DNA of 64,000 bases from an uncultured Chloroflexia bacterium (GCA_963827155.1 CAWGZV010000002.1:3287237-3351236), one strand, 5' to 3'. Positions 46,944 to 56,156 are shown, counted from the stretch's first letter. Notes: a model not told the origin generated them from the sequence alone. A program made the numbers and translations.

Positions 46944-48432
46944 ATGACCTTTCATGACGACCGTCAGCGCCAGTTTGAGGAATACTTGCGTGACGGGATC
47001 ACTGCGGTAAAAAGCGGGCAGACCAGGCTGGCTGAATCTTTGTTCAACCGGGCTGTCTACATCAACGCTTCAGACTCCCGACCTTTCCTTTGGCTTTCCC
47101 AGACAACTAAAGATCCCCAGAAACAGATCGACCTGCTGGAAAAAGCGGTAGGCATCGATCCGACCAATATCTCTGCCCGGCGCGGTCTGGCTTTGCTTAG
47201 AGGAAGAATCGACGAAAGCAGGCTCATCCAGGAAAATAGAGAGCGTGATGATCTTCCTGACGGGACTGAAGATCAAGCCGAGATTGATTCATTCCAATGC
47301 CCGCAATGTGGCGGTGGCATGGTCTTCTCGATACTGCGCGAACAGCTGGTCTGCGATTATTGCGGTTTCTCTTCCTCCGAGTCGGAAGCCTTGGATTCTA
47401 ATTGGGGGCCCTCCGAAGACCGCTCCGAAGACCTGCTCCGATGTCCGCTCTCTAGTTAGCTCGAATCGGCGTCTCGAAGAAAACCCAGTGGGTCAGTATA
47501 CATCGATTTCTGATCAGTCCGAGCAGGTGCTTGATTTTATCATCCCTACTTCCTCCGCCCATCGTTGGCTGAACCAGCAGCAGCTCATCCACTGCGAGCG
47601 CTGTGGCGCACAGACAATGCTTTCCCGAGGTGAACGGTCTATCCAATGCCCGTACTGCGGATCCAGCCAGGTGCTTCGAGCTAACCCGCAAGCAGACCTG
47701 ATCGAACCCCATTTGGTTGGGATCATGAAAGTGAACGAAACCCAAGCTCTAGCTTTTGCCAAACTATGGTTGGGAAGAGGGTTTTTCTCGCCGGATAACC
47801 TGATGGCATCCAGCGTTTTAATCTCGCTTCGTCCCGGCTATTATTCGTTCTGGACCTTTGATGGGTCGATCGAGATTCCCTGGTCTTGTGAGGTTCTCGA
47901 AAATCGCTCTCAAGCGGCAGCATGGGCTGCACACAGTGGGGTTGAGACCCGCTTTTTCAACGATGTTCTGATTCCAGGGGTCAAATCTTTACCCCTTTCT
48001 CGTATCAAGTCGCTTGAACCGTTCAATTTGCAGGAATTAAAACCCTTCGATCCAGCCGTATTGGCAGGATGGCCAACTGTGTTTTATGATCGTTCTCTTT
48101 CTGACTCCTCGCTGCTGGCACGCGAGCAGGTCGTCAAGATTGTCCGACCCTCGCTTAATGCCTTGATCGAACCCGGGCGCGAGAAAAGAAACCTTGTGAC
48201 GGGCAGTCCCTCCTGGAGCGGAATGACTTTTAAGCACATTTTGATCCCCTTGTGGGTCGGTGAATTTCGCTTTCGGGGTAAACAATATCCGCTTCTCGTC
48301 AATGGTCAGACCGGAAAAGTTGTTGGTGAAAAGCCGCGAGATTCGATAAAGATTCTTTTTTCGCTTATGAGCGTTGGTCTTTTGCTCCTGGCGATATTTA
48401 TGGTTTACCTCCTGCTTAGCAGCCTGAGGTAA
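46944..48432 (+). pseudogene. TPR + double zinc-ribbon protein with a C-terminal TM anchor, reading frame interrupted as sequenced (46944..47459 and 47245..48432)
   Basis: TPR-like N-terminus, CPQCGGGMVF...CDYCG in frame 0 and CERCGAQTML...CPYCGSSQV in frame +1. C-terminal helix LFSLMSVGLLLLAIFMVYLLL. The shift lies somewhere near 47400-47459. Confidence 0.6.
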
Positions 48433-48538
48433 TGACCATTCTCAGCCAGCCAGCAGTTTTCCTGGGCGAGGAATTTGCCCGTTTTGCCTGCCTTCGTCTG
48501 ATAAAATCATCGAATTAGAAAGCAGAAGGCCTAATCTT

Positions 48539-51500
48539 ATGAGCAATCCGTTGAATTTTCAATCCATTATCTTGAAACTCCAAGATTTTTGGGCAAGCCG
48601 GGGCAGTCTTATCTGGCAGCCTTATTACGCTCAGGTTGGTGCAGGCACATACAACCCTGCCACGTTTCTGCGGGTCTTAGGCCCCGAACCATGGAACGTC
48701 GCCTATGTAGAGCCCTCCATCCGTCCGGACGATGGGCGATATGGTGAAAACCCAAATCGTATGCAAATGCATTATCAGTTCCAGGTCATTCTCAAGCCCG
48801 ATCCTGGCAACCCGCAGGAGATCTACCTCGAGTCACTCCAGGCGATCGGGATCGACCCTCTTCAGCATGACATCCGCTTCGTCGAAGATAACTGGGAATC
48901 GCCCGCCCTGGGTGCCTGGGGGCTTGGTTGGGAGGTGTGGTGCGATGGGCAAGAGATTACCCAATTCACCTATTTTCAGCAAGCCGGCGGAATCCAGCTT
49001 GATCCGGTCTCTGTCGAGATCACATATGGCTTGGAGCGGATCGCGATTGCGCTTCAGGGTGTAGAAGGTTTTCAGGATATTCAGTGGAATGAAACCCTTA
49101 CCGATGGAGACGTGAATCTGCAGGCTGAAGAAGAGCACAGCCGATATTATTTTGAAATTGCCGATGTCGTCCGCCTTCGCCAAATGTATGACCTCTACGA
49201 ACAAGAAGCACAAGCCTGTCTGGAGAAAGGTTTAGTACTGCCTGCCCATGATTATCTTCTAAAGTGCTCGCATACTTTCAATATACTGGATACTCGTGGA
49301 GCAGTGGGTGTCACCGAGCGTCAGGGTTTGTTCGCTCGGATGCGCGATGTGGCGAAAGGCGTCGCCCAGGCTTATTTGGATCAGCGCCAGCGACTTGAGT
49401 TTCCGCTCCTCGACAAGGCTCAGCTCTTGCATCCACAAATGGACGATGTTTCTCTAACCCCCCAGATTTCCCCTGGACCTATTACTGATCTCCCTGAGAA
49501 AGGTGCATTCTTGCTTGAAATTGGAGTCGAGGAGCTCCCTGCTGGCGATCTCGATTCTGCCCTTTATCAGCTTGGAGTCTCTGTTCCGGCTCTATTGGCA
49601 GAACTGCGGCTTGCATATCAGGTTCTGCAAGTGATGGGTACGCCCCGTCGTTTGGTGGTCGTAGTTGAAGAGCTTGCCTCTCGTCAGGCAGACCTGGAAC
49701 AGTGGATTAAGGGACCTCCTGCCGACAAAGCTTTTGCACCTGATGGCTCGCCGACCAAAGCAGTCGAGGGTTTCGCTCGCAGCAAAGGTATTTCAATTGC
49801 AGATTTGGAAATCCGTGAAGTTGAAGGTGGGCGGTATGTCGGTGCCCTGGTGCACCAATCAGGGAAATCGATAGTAGAAGTCTTTGCCGAGGCTCTCCCG
49901 AAGCTGATTGCCTCAATCCGCTTTGAAAAGCCTATGCGCTGGAACCCGAGCAATGTCCTTTTCTCGCGGCCGATTCGTTGGCTGGTGGCGATCTTCTCTC
50001 ACGGTGAAGACTGTACAATAATCCCTTTTGAATTCGCCGGTTTGCTTTCCGGATGTGTGACCAAGGGGCTGCGTTTTAGAATGCCTTTGGAATATTGCGT
50101 TCATTCGCCTCTTGAATATTTCGATTTTCTATCATCTCAAGGCATCGTGCTGGACTCAAACTCCAGGCAGGCTACGGTGAGAGAACAAGTTGCCGCGCTT
50201 GCAAACTCTGCTGGGGGAGTGGTATCCAACGATCCAGAGCTGTTTGCGGAAGTGACAAATTTGGTCGAAGCGCCAACAGCTCTGCTCGGCTCGTTCAATC
50301 CCGACTACCTCAAGCTTCCGCCTGAAGTACTCATCTCGGTTATGAAAAAGCACCAGCGCTATTTCCCGGTGCTTTCTGGTAAGAAAGTTTCTGCCGAGGA
50401 AGTGCCGCTGCCTTGTTTCATCGCCGTCAGAAATGGCGACAATGAAGGTCTAGATACTGTAGTGGAAGGGAATCAACATGTGATTCGCGCCAGGTTTGCG
50501 GATGCGAATTTCTTCGTGCGTGAAGATCTTAAGAAACCGCTTGAAGACTACCTCCCACGCCTGTCCACGCTTACTTTTCAAGCGCGGTTGGGGACTATGA
50601 GAGACAAGGTCACTCGGATCCAGGCTCTGGTTGAAGACCTGAGTCAACAAGTTGGGCTGGATAATGACCAGCTTCGCACGGCACGCCGCGCTGCGCTGCT
50701 CTCTAAAGCCGATCTGGGCACAAGGATGGTAGTTGAGATGACATCCTTACAAGGTCAGATTGGCCGTTACTATGCGCTGCGCTCAGGCGAAATGAGGGAA
50801 GTCGCCCAGGCGATATTAGATCATTATTTGCCCCGGCATGCAGGCGACCAGCTGCCCGCCAGCCGTCCGGGTCTTGTAATCGGTCTGGCCGATCGCCTGG
50901 ATACACTCGCCGGGTTGTTTTCTGCTGGATTAATCCCTTCAGGCAATAAAGATCCATTCGCCTTGAGGCGCCATGCCCTCGGTCTCGTCCAAATCCTGGT
51001 CTCGTGGGATATCGATTTTAATATCGATGAAGGACTGTGTCTGGCTGCCTCGCATCTTCCTATCTCTAGCAGCACCGAAATACTATCTGCCTGCTCGAAC
51101 TTTGTGGTAGAGCGCTTTCGAAATATCCTGTTGGATCAGGGACGTCGCTATGATATTGTCGATGCTGTCCTGGCGGTTCAGGGCCATAATCCGGCGGCAG
51201 CATCACGGGGGGTTGCACAGCTTCAGATATGGACCTCCCGCCCGGATTGGCACCGGATCTTGCCAGCTTATGCCCGTTGTGTGCGCATTACCCGGGATCT
51301 TGAGGAGCAATTTGAAATTGAAAGCAGCCTATTTGCAGAGCAAGCCGAGCGTGATCTCTACCATGATTTGGTCCAGGCTGAGCAGCTAAATCCATCATCT
51401 GCTTCTGTGGATCAATTTCTTAACACTTTTCTGCCCATAATTCCAGCGATTGATCGTTTTTTTGAGCAGGTGCTGGTAATGTCCGAAGACCACCAGATGC

Positions 51501-51583
51501 GTCAAAACCGCCTGGGTTTGCTGCAGCGGATTGCATTATTGGCAGAAAGGGTTGCTGACCTCTCTCGTCTCGAAGGTTTTTAG
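48539..51583 (+). CDS. glyQS: Glycine--tRNA ligase, fused alpha and beta subunits
   Basis: The N-terminal ~290 aa is GlyQ ([33 protein letters not shown]). The remainder is GlyS-like. Single 1014-aa ORF. Confidence 0.9.
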   Translation: MSNPLNFQSIILKLQDFWASRGSLIWQPYYAQVGAGTYNPATFLRVLGPEPWNVAYVEPSIRPDDGRYGENPNRMQMHYQFQVILKPDPGNPQEIYLESLQAIGIDPLQHDIRFVEDNWESPALGAWGLGWEVWCDGQEITQFTYFQQAGGIQLDPVSVEITYGLERIAIALQGVEGFQDIQWNETLTDGDVNLQAEEEHSRYYFEIADVVRLRQMYDLYEQEAQACLEKGLVLPAHDYLLKCSHTFNILDTRGAVGVTERQGLFARMRDVAKGVAQAYLDQRQRLEFPLLDKAQLLHPQMDDVSLTPQISPGPITDLPEKGAFLLEIGVEELPAGDLDSALYQLGVSVPALLAELRLAYQVLQVMGTPRRLVVVVEELASRQADLEQWIKGPPADKAFAPDGSPTKAVEGFARSKGISIADLEIREVEGGRYVGALVHQSGKSIVEVFAEALPKLIASIRFEKPMRWNPSNVLFSRPIRWLVAIFSHGEDCTIIPFEFAGLLSGCVTKGLRFRMPLEYCVHSPLEYFDFLSSQGIVLDSNSRQATVREQVAALANSAGGVVSNDPELFAEVTNLVEAPTALLGSFNPDYLKLPPEVLISVMKKHQRYFPVLSGKKVSAEEVPLPCFIAVRNGDNEGLDTVVEGNQHVIRARFADANFFVREDLKKPLEDYLPRLSTLTFQARLGTMRDKVTRIQALVEDLSQQVGLDNDQLRTARRAALLSKADLGTRMVVEMTSLQGQIGRYYALRSGEMREVAQAILDHYLPRHAGDQLPASRPGLVIGLADRLDTLAGLFSAGLIPSGNKDPFALRRHALGLVQILVSWDIDFNIDEGLCLAASHLPISSSTEILSACSNFVVERFRNILLDQGRRYDIVDAVLAVQGHNPAAASRGVAQLQIWTSRPDWHRILPAYARCVRITRDLEEQFEIESSLFAEQAERDLYHDLVQAEQLNPSSASVDQFLNTFLPIIPAIDRFFEQVLVMSEDHQMRQNRLGLLQRIALLAERVADLSRLEGF

Positions 51584-51608
51584 TCTCTATTTTTTTTCAA
51601 TTTTCCTC

Positions 51609-51640
51609 GTGCTGCACATATATGTGCAGCACTCTTTATT
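51609..51640 (+). terminator. Rho-independent terminator of glyQS
   Basis: Perfect 24-bp palindrome GTGCTGCACATA|TATGTGCAGCAC (51609-51632) followed by TCTTTATT. Confidence 0.7.
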
Positions 51641-51737
51641 AACCCCCATCTGTAGCCATTACACCAATATTTGCGCCCCAAACCCCACCTATAGAGGTTA
51701 AACCTTTAATCTTACCGCGGTTTTTACGCGTTCTCCC

Positions 51738-51766
51738 TTGACTTATGCTAAAAAGCATGTTATTTT
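51738..51766 (+). promoter_or_regulatory. Sigma-70-like promoter with an inverted repeat in the spacer, upstream of the small-peptide gene
   Basis: TTGACT (51738-51743), a 17-nt spacer containing ATGCT-aaaa-AGCAT, then TATTTT (51761-51766). Confidence 0.5.
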
Positions 51767-51864
51767 ATTGAAAATTACCTAACAATTCTGCAAGGTAACC
51801 TTTCAAGAATGTAAGGTGATTATATCAGAAAAATTTAGGGAATAAAAAACACAGGAGGCATAAA

Positions 51865-52074
51865 ATGTCGTTAGCAAAAGTGGTATACCAATTATCAACC
51901 GACAACGATTTTGCATCACAATGGAAAGTTGACCCAGAAGGCACTTTAGCCAAACAGGGCTTGCGCCTGACGAATGAAGAGTTGGCTTTCCTCAAAAAGG
52001 GTTTGAAGCGCCGCACCGCCGATCAGGTACGACTGTCTGACCTGCTCTACAAGGCTCGGGATTGGGGCGTCTAG
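51865..52074 (+). CDS. 69-aa candidate RiPP/pheromone precursor (NHLP/Nif11-like leader pattern; ComX-like C-terminus ...RDWGV)
   Basis: AGGAGG lies 6 nt upstream of the ATG. The N-terminus LSTDNDFASQWKVDPEGTLAKQGLRLTNEELAFL fits the D..F......DP...L...G..L...E....L leader pattern. There is a basic stretch KKGLKRR and the C-terminus is LLYKARDWGV. Confidence 0.6.
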   Translation: MSLAKVVYQLSTDNDFASQWKVDPEGTLAKQGLRLTNEELAFLKKGLKRRTADQVRLSDLLYKARDWGV

Positions 52075-52170
52075 ATCGATCCTGTCCTGGAGTAATTATC
52101 AATTTATCTTCAATCTTATATCGAGCAAGTCTGGCATGATTATGGAGCATGGCCCGATTTTCGTCGGACG

Positions 52171-53130
52171 ATGCTTCATGTTTTAAATTTGCAGCAGAAC
52201 GAAGCAGAAAAATTACCCTGGCTGCGCCTACCGGGTATGTGCTGTCAGGCACTCGGAGGGGATCCGCATCAGGCGGATCCGGTCGCGGCTGCCTGGATCC
52301 TGTTCAACAAAGCAGCCCACATTATGGATAGCGTCGAAGATCGCGATGAGCTGAATTCTTGGTCTATCGAATCTCTTCCCGAAGCCCACACAAATTCAGA
52401 TGCAAAGACTGCTACCGGCTACAAGAATAGCAGTGCCACGGGCGCAACCTATGCCACCGCTATAAGCGCTGCAACTGGTTTGTATTTCACAGCCAACTTG
52501 ATCCTGCATGACCTTGATGCCAGGCTTGCTTACCCGGCAGCGGCCCAACAGATCAGGGCTGAGTTCCTGAGCCGTTTTTTGGTGATGTGCTGCGGTCAAC
52601 ATTTGGATTTGATCCAGCCGAATCCAACGATTGAACAATACTATAAGATTGCTTCCGCCAAATCAGGGGAATTCTTTGCGGTTGCCTGTTGGGCTGGGGG
52701 GCGTCTGGCATCGGACCAATTTGAGGTGCTGGCTGGACTGCGCCAGTTCGGCCTTCAAATCGGGTTGATTATCCAGATGCTGGACGATTTGAAAGACCTG
52801 CGAGAGTTGAGGATCATCCCAATCGCCAACCGTGCTGCCAGGCTTCTTCGCTCCCTCCCGGTCATCTATGTCTTGGATGTCTTGCCAGAGAGTGAAAAAA
52901 ATCGTCTTATCTCGTTGTTCATAGAACCTCAACTTACATCAGAGCATGAAATTGAGATCCATGAGCTTATCGAAGGCAAAGGGGGAACGCTCTACCTGCT
53001 TGCCGAATTGGAAGGAAGCCGCCAGATGGCTGAAGATGGTCTGGCGCAGGCGGGTATTAAAAATCCTCATATCAGCCCTCTGCATGCGCTTCTTAATCAG
53101 CTTTGCAGCCTTGACCCAAATGGGGGTTAA
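52171..53130 (+). CDS. Divergent polyprenyl-synthase-fold protein (ComQ-like candidate peptide prenyltransferase)
   Basis: Family landmarks are present: AAHIMDSVEDRD (degenerate first Asp-rich motif), CGQHLDL, KIASAKSGEFF and IIQMLDDLKD (intact DDxxD). It lacks GKRxRP, the RRG after motif 1 and the GK..D..K.T segment after motif 2. Confidence 0.75.
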   Translation: MLHVLNLQQNEAEKLPWLRLPGMCCQALGGDPHQADPVAAAWILFNKAAHIMDSVEDRDELNSWSIESLPEAHTNSDAKTATGYKNSSATGATYATAISAATGLYFTANLILHDLDARLAYPAAAQQIRAEFLSRFLVMCCGQHLDLIQPNPTIEQYYKIASAKSGEFFAVACWAGGRLASDQFEVLAGLRQFGLQIGLIIQMLDDLKDLRELRIIPIANRAARLLRSLPVIYVLDVLPESEKNRLISLFIEPQLTSEHEIEIHELIEGKGGTLYLLAELEGSRQMAEDGLAQAGIKNPHISPLHALLNQLCSLDPNGG

Positions 53131-53185
53131 TCTATTTTTAGATTCTTTTCGCTGAAGCCGACTCCGGTCTAAAAGACACCCTTTG

Positions 53186-53194
53186 TGCTAGAAT
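53186..53194 (+). promoter_or_regulatory. Possible extended -10 element (TGCTAGAAT) only 9 nt upstream of the kinase ATG
   Basis: TGC+TAGAAT at 53186-53194. No SD is visible before ATG 53204, so the transcript may be leaderless. This is speculative. Confidence 0.3.
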
Positions 53195-53203
53195 CGAAAT
53201 GAT

Positions 53204-56053
53204 ATGGAAACAGCGCGTGTGACACGCTCCAACACGCTCCTGCGCTGGGTGGCATTTCTGCCGCTCATTTATGCTGTCTTGGTGTTCGCTTTTATCCTTG
53301 GCACAACAGTAAAACTCATTTCCTTCCCAGATGATGGCATCGATAGTGTAAATTCGTCCGGCGAGGTTCAGTCGCTCGCCCCAGCTGGCCCAGCTTTCGG
53401 AAAGCTTCAAGAAGGAGATATTATCATTTCTGTGGAAGGGGTCCCCTTCAGCAGCGGCGCTACAAATTACAGCGCCCTTGATAAAAAGGGTGGTTCTGAA
53501 GTGGAGTTTAAGGTCTTGCGCCAGGGAATATTGACGACAGTCACTGTTCGCCTGGATGCACCATCCCGCGACCTGGTCATGAGCCGGATGGCGGCTATCC
53601 TGATTGCGCTAATGTTTTTGCTGACCGGTATAGGCATCGACGCATTTAAACCATCCGGCTCTGGCAACATGATCTATTCAATCTGGTTCTACACCTGCGC
53701 CCTTACTTTGACTGCAGGTGCGGCATCGACCATGCGGATTGGTTTTTCTACTGCGTTATTTTACATCTGTCTCTGGATGATTGGGGCGGTCTCGGTTCAC
53801 TTCCATATGCATTTTCCCCAGCTGATCCGCTGGCGCCTGAAATATGTATTTCTCTCGATCCTTTATTTCATCAGTTTCTTAGGGATTGCGCCCCTCATCA
53901 TTTTTGGAACTGTCAAGTTTAGGGCTTTCAGCTGGTACCCACAGTTTTTAGGGGCGAGCCAGATCGTCTTATCCATCAGCCTCTTTTTCGTAGTGGCTTT
54001 GTTGATTTTTAGCTATCGGAGCGCAGATACACCTGGCGTGCGCGGAAAAATCCGGCTGGTTTTATTAGGCGGCATTCTGGTGGTTATGCCGTTTATCAGC
54101 CTCACGATCCTTCCGACAGCATTGTTGGACCAGCCGCTGATCCCATATTCAATTGCCTTCCTCTTGCTTGGGCTTCTCCCGCTTACCTATGCATATGCTA
54201 TTTTTCGCCTCCATCTGATCGAGATCGACCAAAAAGTCAACCGCGGTGCGACCTTGATCCTGGTCTATTCGATCCTCGGAGGATTTTACCTGGTGCTTTA
54301 TGCGCTGCTTAACCGTTACCTTCCCACCAGCTTTCGCACCATCCCACTGATCAATACCTTCCTGGTGCTGGTGCTCGCCACCATTTTCATCCCTCTTCAT
54401 CGCTGGGTTCAGCGTATGGTGGACCGCATTTTTTATGGGGGTTGGTACGATTATCGCATCGGCGTTCGTCAAATCACCGAGAACATCTCGCAATTGACAG
54501 ATTTGCAGAGCCTTGCCCAAACGGTAAGCGAGCGGCTTAAAAATACGCTCAGGCTCGAGGAGGCTGTCGTTTTCTTCCGGGATCAGAATGGCGACTTTGC
54601 AGTGGTCGAGGCTTCATTTAGTGGAGGAATTAAAGAACACGAGCGCCGGGAATTCCCGGTCCTGCCGCGCTCCAGCCTAACTTATCTCCTAAAAATCGGC
54701 GCGGCCGAACGTACTGCTCTGCTTCAATCGCTCAGTCAGATAACCCTCACCCCCGAAGAAGTCCAACTTCTCAAAACCGAACAGATCCACCTTTGGGTGC
54801 CCGTGATTGGTCATCAGCAAATTCAGGGCTTGCTTGCCTTGGGACCAAAGATCGGAGGAGACGTATTTAGCGGCGAGGACCTAGACATCCTGCGCGTGGT
54901 CGTTCAGCAACTGAGCCCGATTATCGAAAACATTCATCTGCTTACCGACCTTAAACAGCACGCCTCCGAATTGGAAAAACGGGTTGAGGAGCGTACCGCC
55001 GAGCTCTATGATGCGAAAGAGCGAGTGGAAGCAATCCTGGCAAGCGTAGGAGATGGAGTAGTCGTAACCGACCTCGAGGGCCAGATCTTGACAGTCAATC
55101 TGGCTTTCGAGAGGCTCTCTGGCTTCTCGTCTGTTGAGATACGCGGACAAAATCTTTTCGATATCTTGTCCTCTGAAAACGGCGTTGCGCGCATTTCTGC
55201 AATGAGGGATACTCTTCTGAATGGAGATATTTGGAGTGATGAGCTGGTTGGGCGGCGCATTGATAACAGCCAATACAATATCCAGTTCACCATAGCCCCT
55301 ATTCACGATCGCCAGGGTCAGCCAGTCGGTTATGTTGGAAGCCAAACAGATATCAGCCGTCAAAAAGAGCTCGATAAAATGAAGGATGCCTTTATTTCAG
55401 ATGTCTCTCATGAGCTTCGCACTCCAATTACCAACATCAGCCTTTATATTGAACTCTTGAAATCTGCACCGGTTGATCGTCACTCTCGCTACCTTGAAAT
55501 CGTTAAGGAACAGAGTTCGCTCCTAACCAAATTGGTTGAAGATATCCTGGACCTCTCGCGGCTTACTGCATCGAAGACCAGACCTGCTGTTTTTTCACCC
55601 ATCCAGCTGAATAAACTCGCCGAACAGGTCGTTACAGCTTATTTGCCGCTAGCCGAGGCTTCAGGGGTAAATCTGGTCTTCCAACCCGATCCCGATCTAC
55701 CGGTCGTCCAAGTCGAACAAAATCAAATCGCCCGCCTGATCACGAACCTGGTAACGAATGCGGTCCGTTACTCGCCCAAGGGGCAGGTCTTCGTCAGTAC
55801 TACCCAGGATCTGGGATGGGTTTCTATAAAAGTTGAAGACACCGGGATTGGCATCGACCCGCACGATATTCCGCACATCTTTGAGCGGTTTTTCCGCGGA
55901 AGCAATGTGCGCCAATCGGAAATGCACGGCACCGGACTTGGATTGGCAATCGTCAAGGAGATCGTCGATTTCCATGGAGGCACCATCGAAGTCAACAGCG
56001 TTCCGGGGGTCGGTTCTTGCTTCCAGGCCTGGCTCCCCATGACCCAGTTATAA
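53204..56053 (+). CDS. Multi-TM sensor histidine kinase (TM, PDZ-like, ~9 TM, GAF, PAS, HisKA, HATPase_c)
   Basis: PDZ-like GPAFGKLQEGDIIISVEGVPF...VEFKVLRQG, then a long polytopic region. After that come a GAF-like and a PAS segment (VGDGVVVTDLEGQILTVNLAFERLSGF), the H-box SHELRTPIT and the G-box GTGLGLAIV. Confidence 0.9.
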   Translation: METARVTRSNTLLRWVAFLPLIYAVLVFAFILGTTVKLISFPDDGIDSVNSSGEVQSLAPAGPAFGKLQEGDIIISVEGVPFSSGATNYSALDKKGGSEVEFKVLRQGILTTVTVRLDAPSRDLVMSRMAAILIALMFLLTGIGIDAFKPSGSGNMIYSIWFYTCALTLTAGAASTMRIGFSTALFYICLWMIGAVSVHFHMHFPQLIRWRLKYVFLSILYFISFLGIAPLIIFGTVKFRAFSWYPQFLGASQIVLSISLFFVVALLIFSYRSADTPGVRGKIRLVLLGGILVVMPFISLTILPTALLDQPLIPYSIAFLLLGLLPLTYAYAIFRLHLIEIDQKVNRGATLILVYSILGGFYLVLYALLNRYLPTSFRTIPLINTFLVLVLATIFIPLHRWVQRMVDRIFYGGWYDYRIGVRQITENISQLTDLQSLAQTVSERLKNTLRLEEAVVFFRDQNGDFAVVEASFSGGIKEHERREFPVLPRSSLTYLLKIGAAERTALLQSLSQITLTPEEVQLLKTEQIHLWVPVIGHQQIQGLLALGPKIGGDVFSGEDLDILRVVVQQLSPIIENIHLLTDLKQHASELEKRVEERTAELYDAKERVEAILASVGDGVVVTDLEGQILTVNLAFERLSGFSSVEIRGQNLFDILSSENGVARISAMRDTLLNGDIWSDELVGRRIDNSQYNIQFTIAPIHDRQGQPVGYVGSQTDISRQKELDKMKDAFISDVSHELRTPITNISLYIELLKSAPVDRHSRYLEIVKEQSSLLTKLVEDILDLSRLTASKTRPAVFSPIQLNKLAEQVVTAYLPLAEASGVNLVFQPDPDLPVVQVEQNQIARLITNLVTNAVRYSPKGQVFVSTTQDLGWVSIKVEDTGIGIDPHDIPHIFERFFRGSNVRQSEMHGTGLGLAIVKEIVDFHGGTIEVNSVPGVGSCFQAWLPMTQL

Positions 56054-56156
56054 CTGTTTCCCGTTTGGTTCCAAACGATCAGGCAGCCTGCTTACTGCGC
56101 TCACTTTCATCCATCAGGTATAATCCGGACTGACCTGAGATTGGAGCCTCTTTTCC

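Noticed and set aside
48433-48538. A T-box or other riboswitch upstream of glyQS
   Set aside because: The leader is only ~105 nt. I could find no specifier-loop/T-box consensus (AAnnnGGGTGGnACCGCG-like) or terminator/antiterminator pair.
52096-52170. An N-terminal extension of the polyprenyl-synthase-like gene (the frame is open from 52096: LSIYLQSYIEQVWHDYGAWPDFRRT)
   Set aside because: No ATG/GTG/TTG start exists in that stretch, and the upstream ATGs (52136, 52149) are in other frames. An extension would need yet another indel, which I cannot demonstrate, so ATG 52171 is kept.
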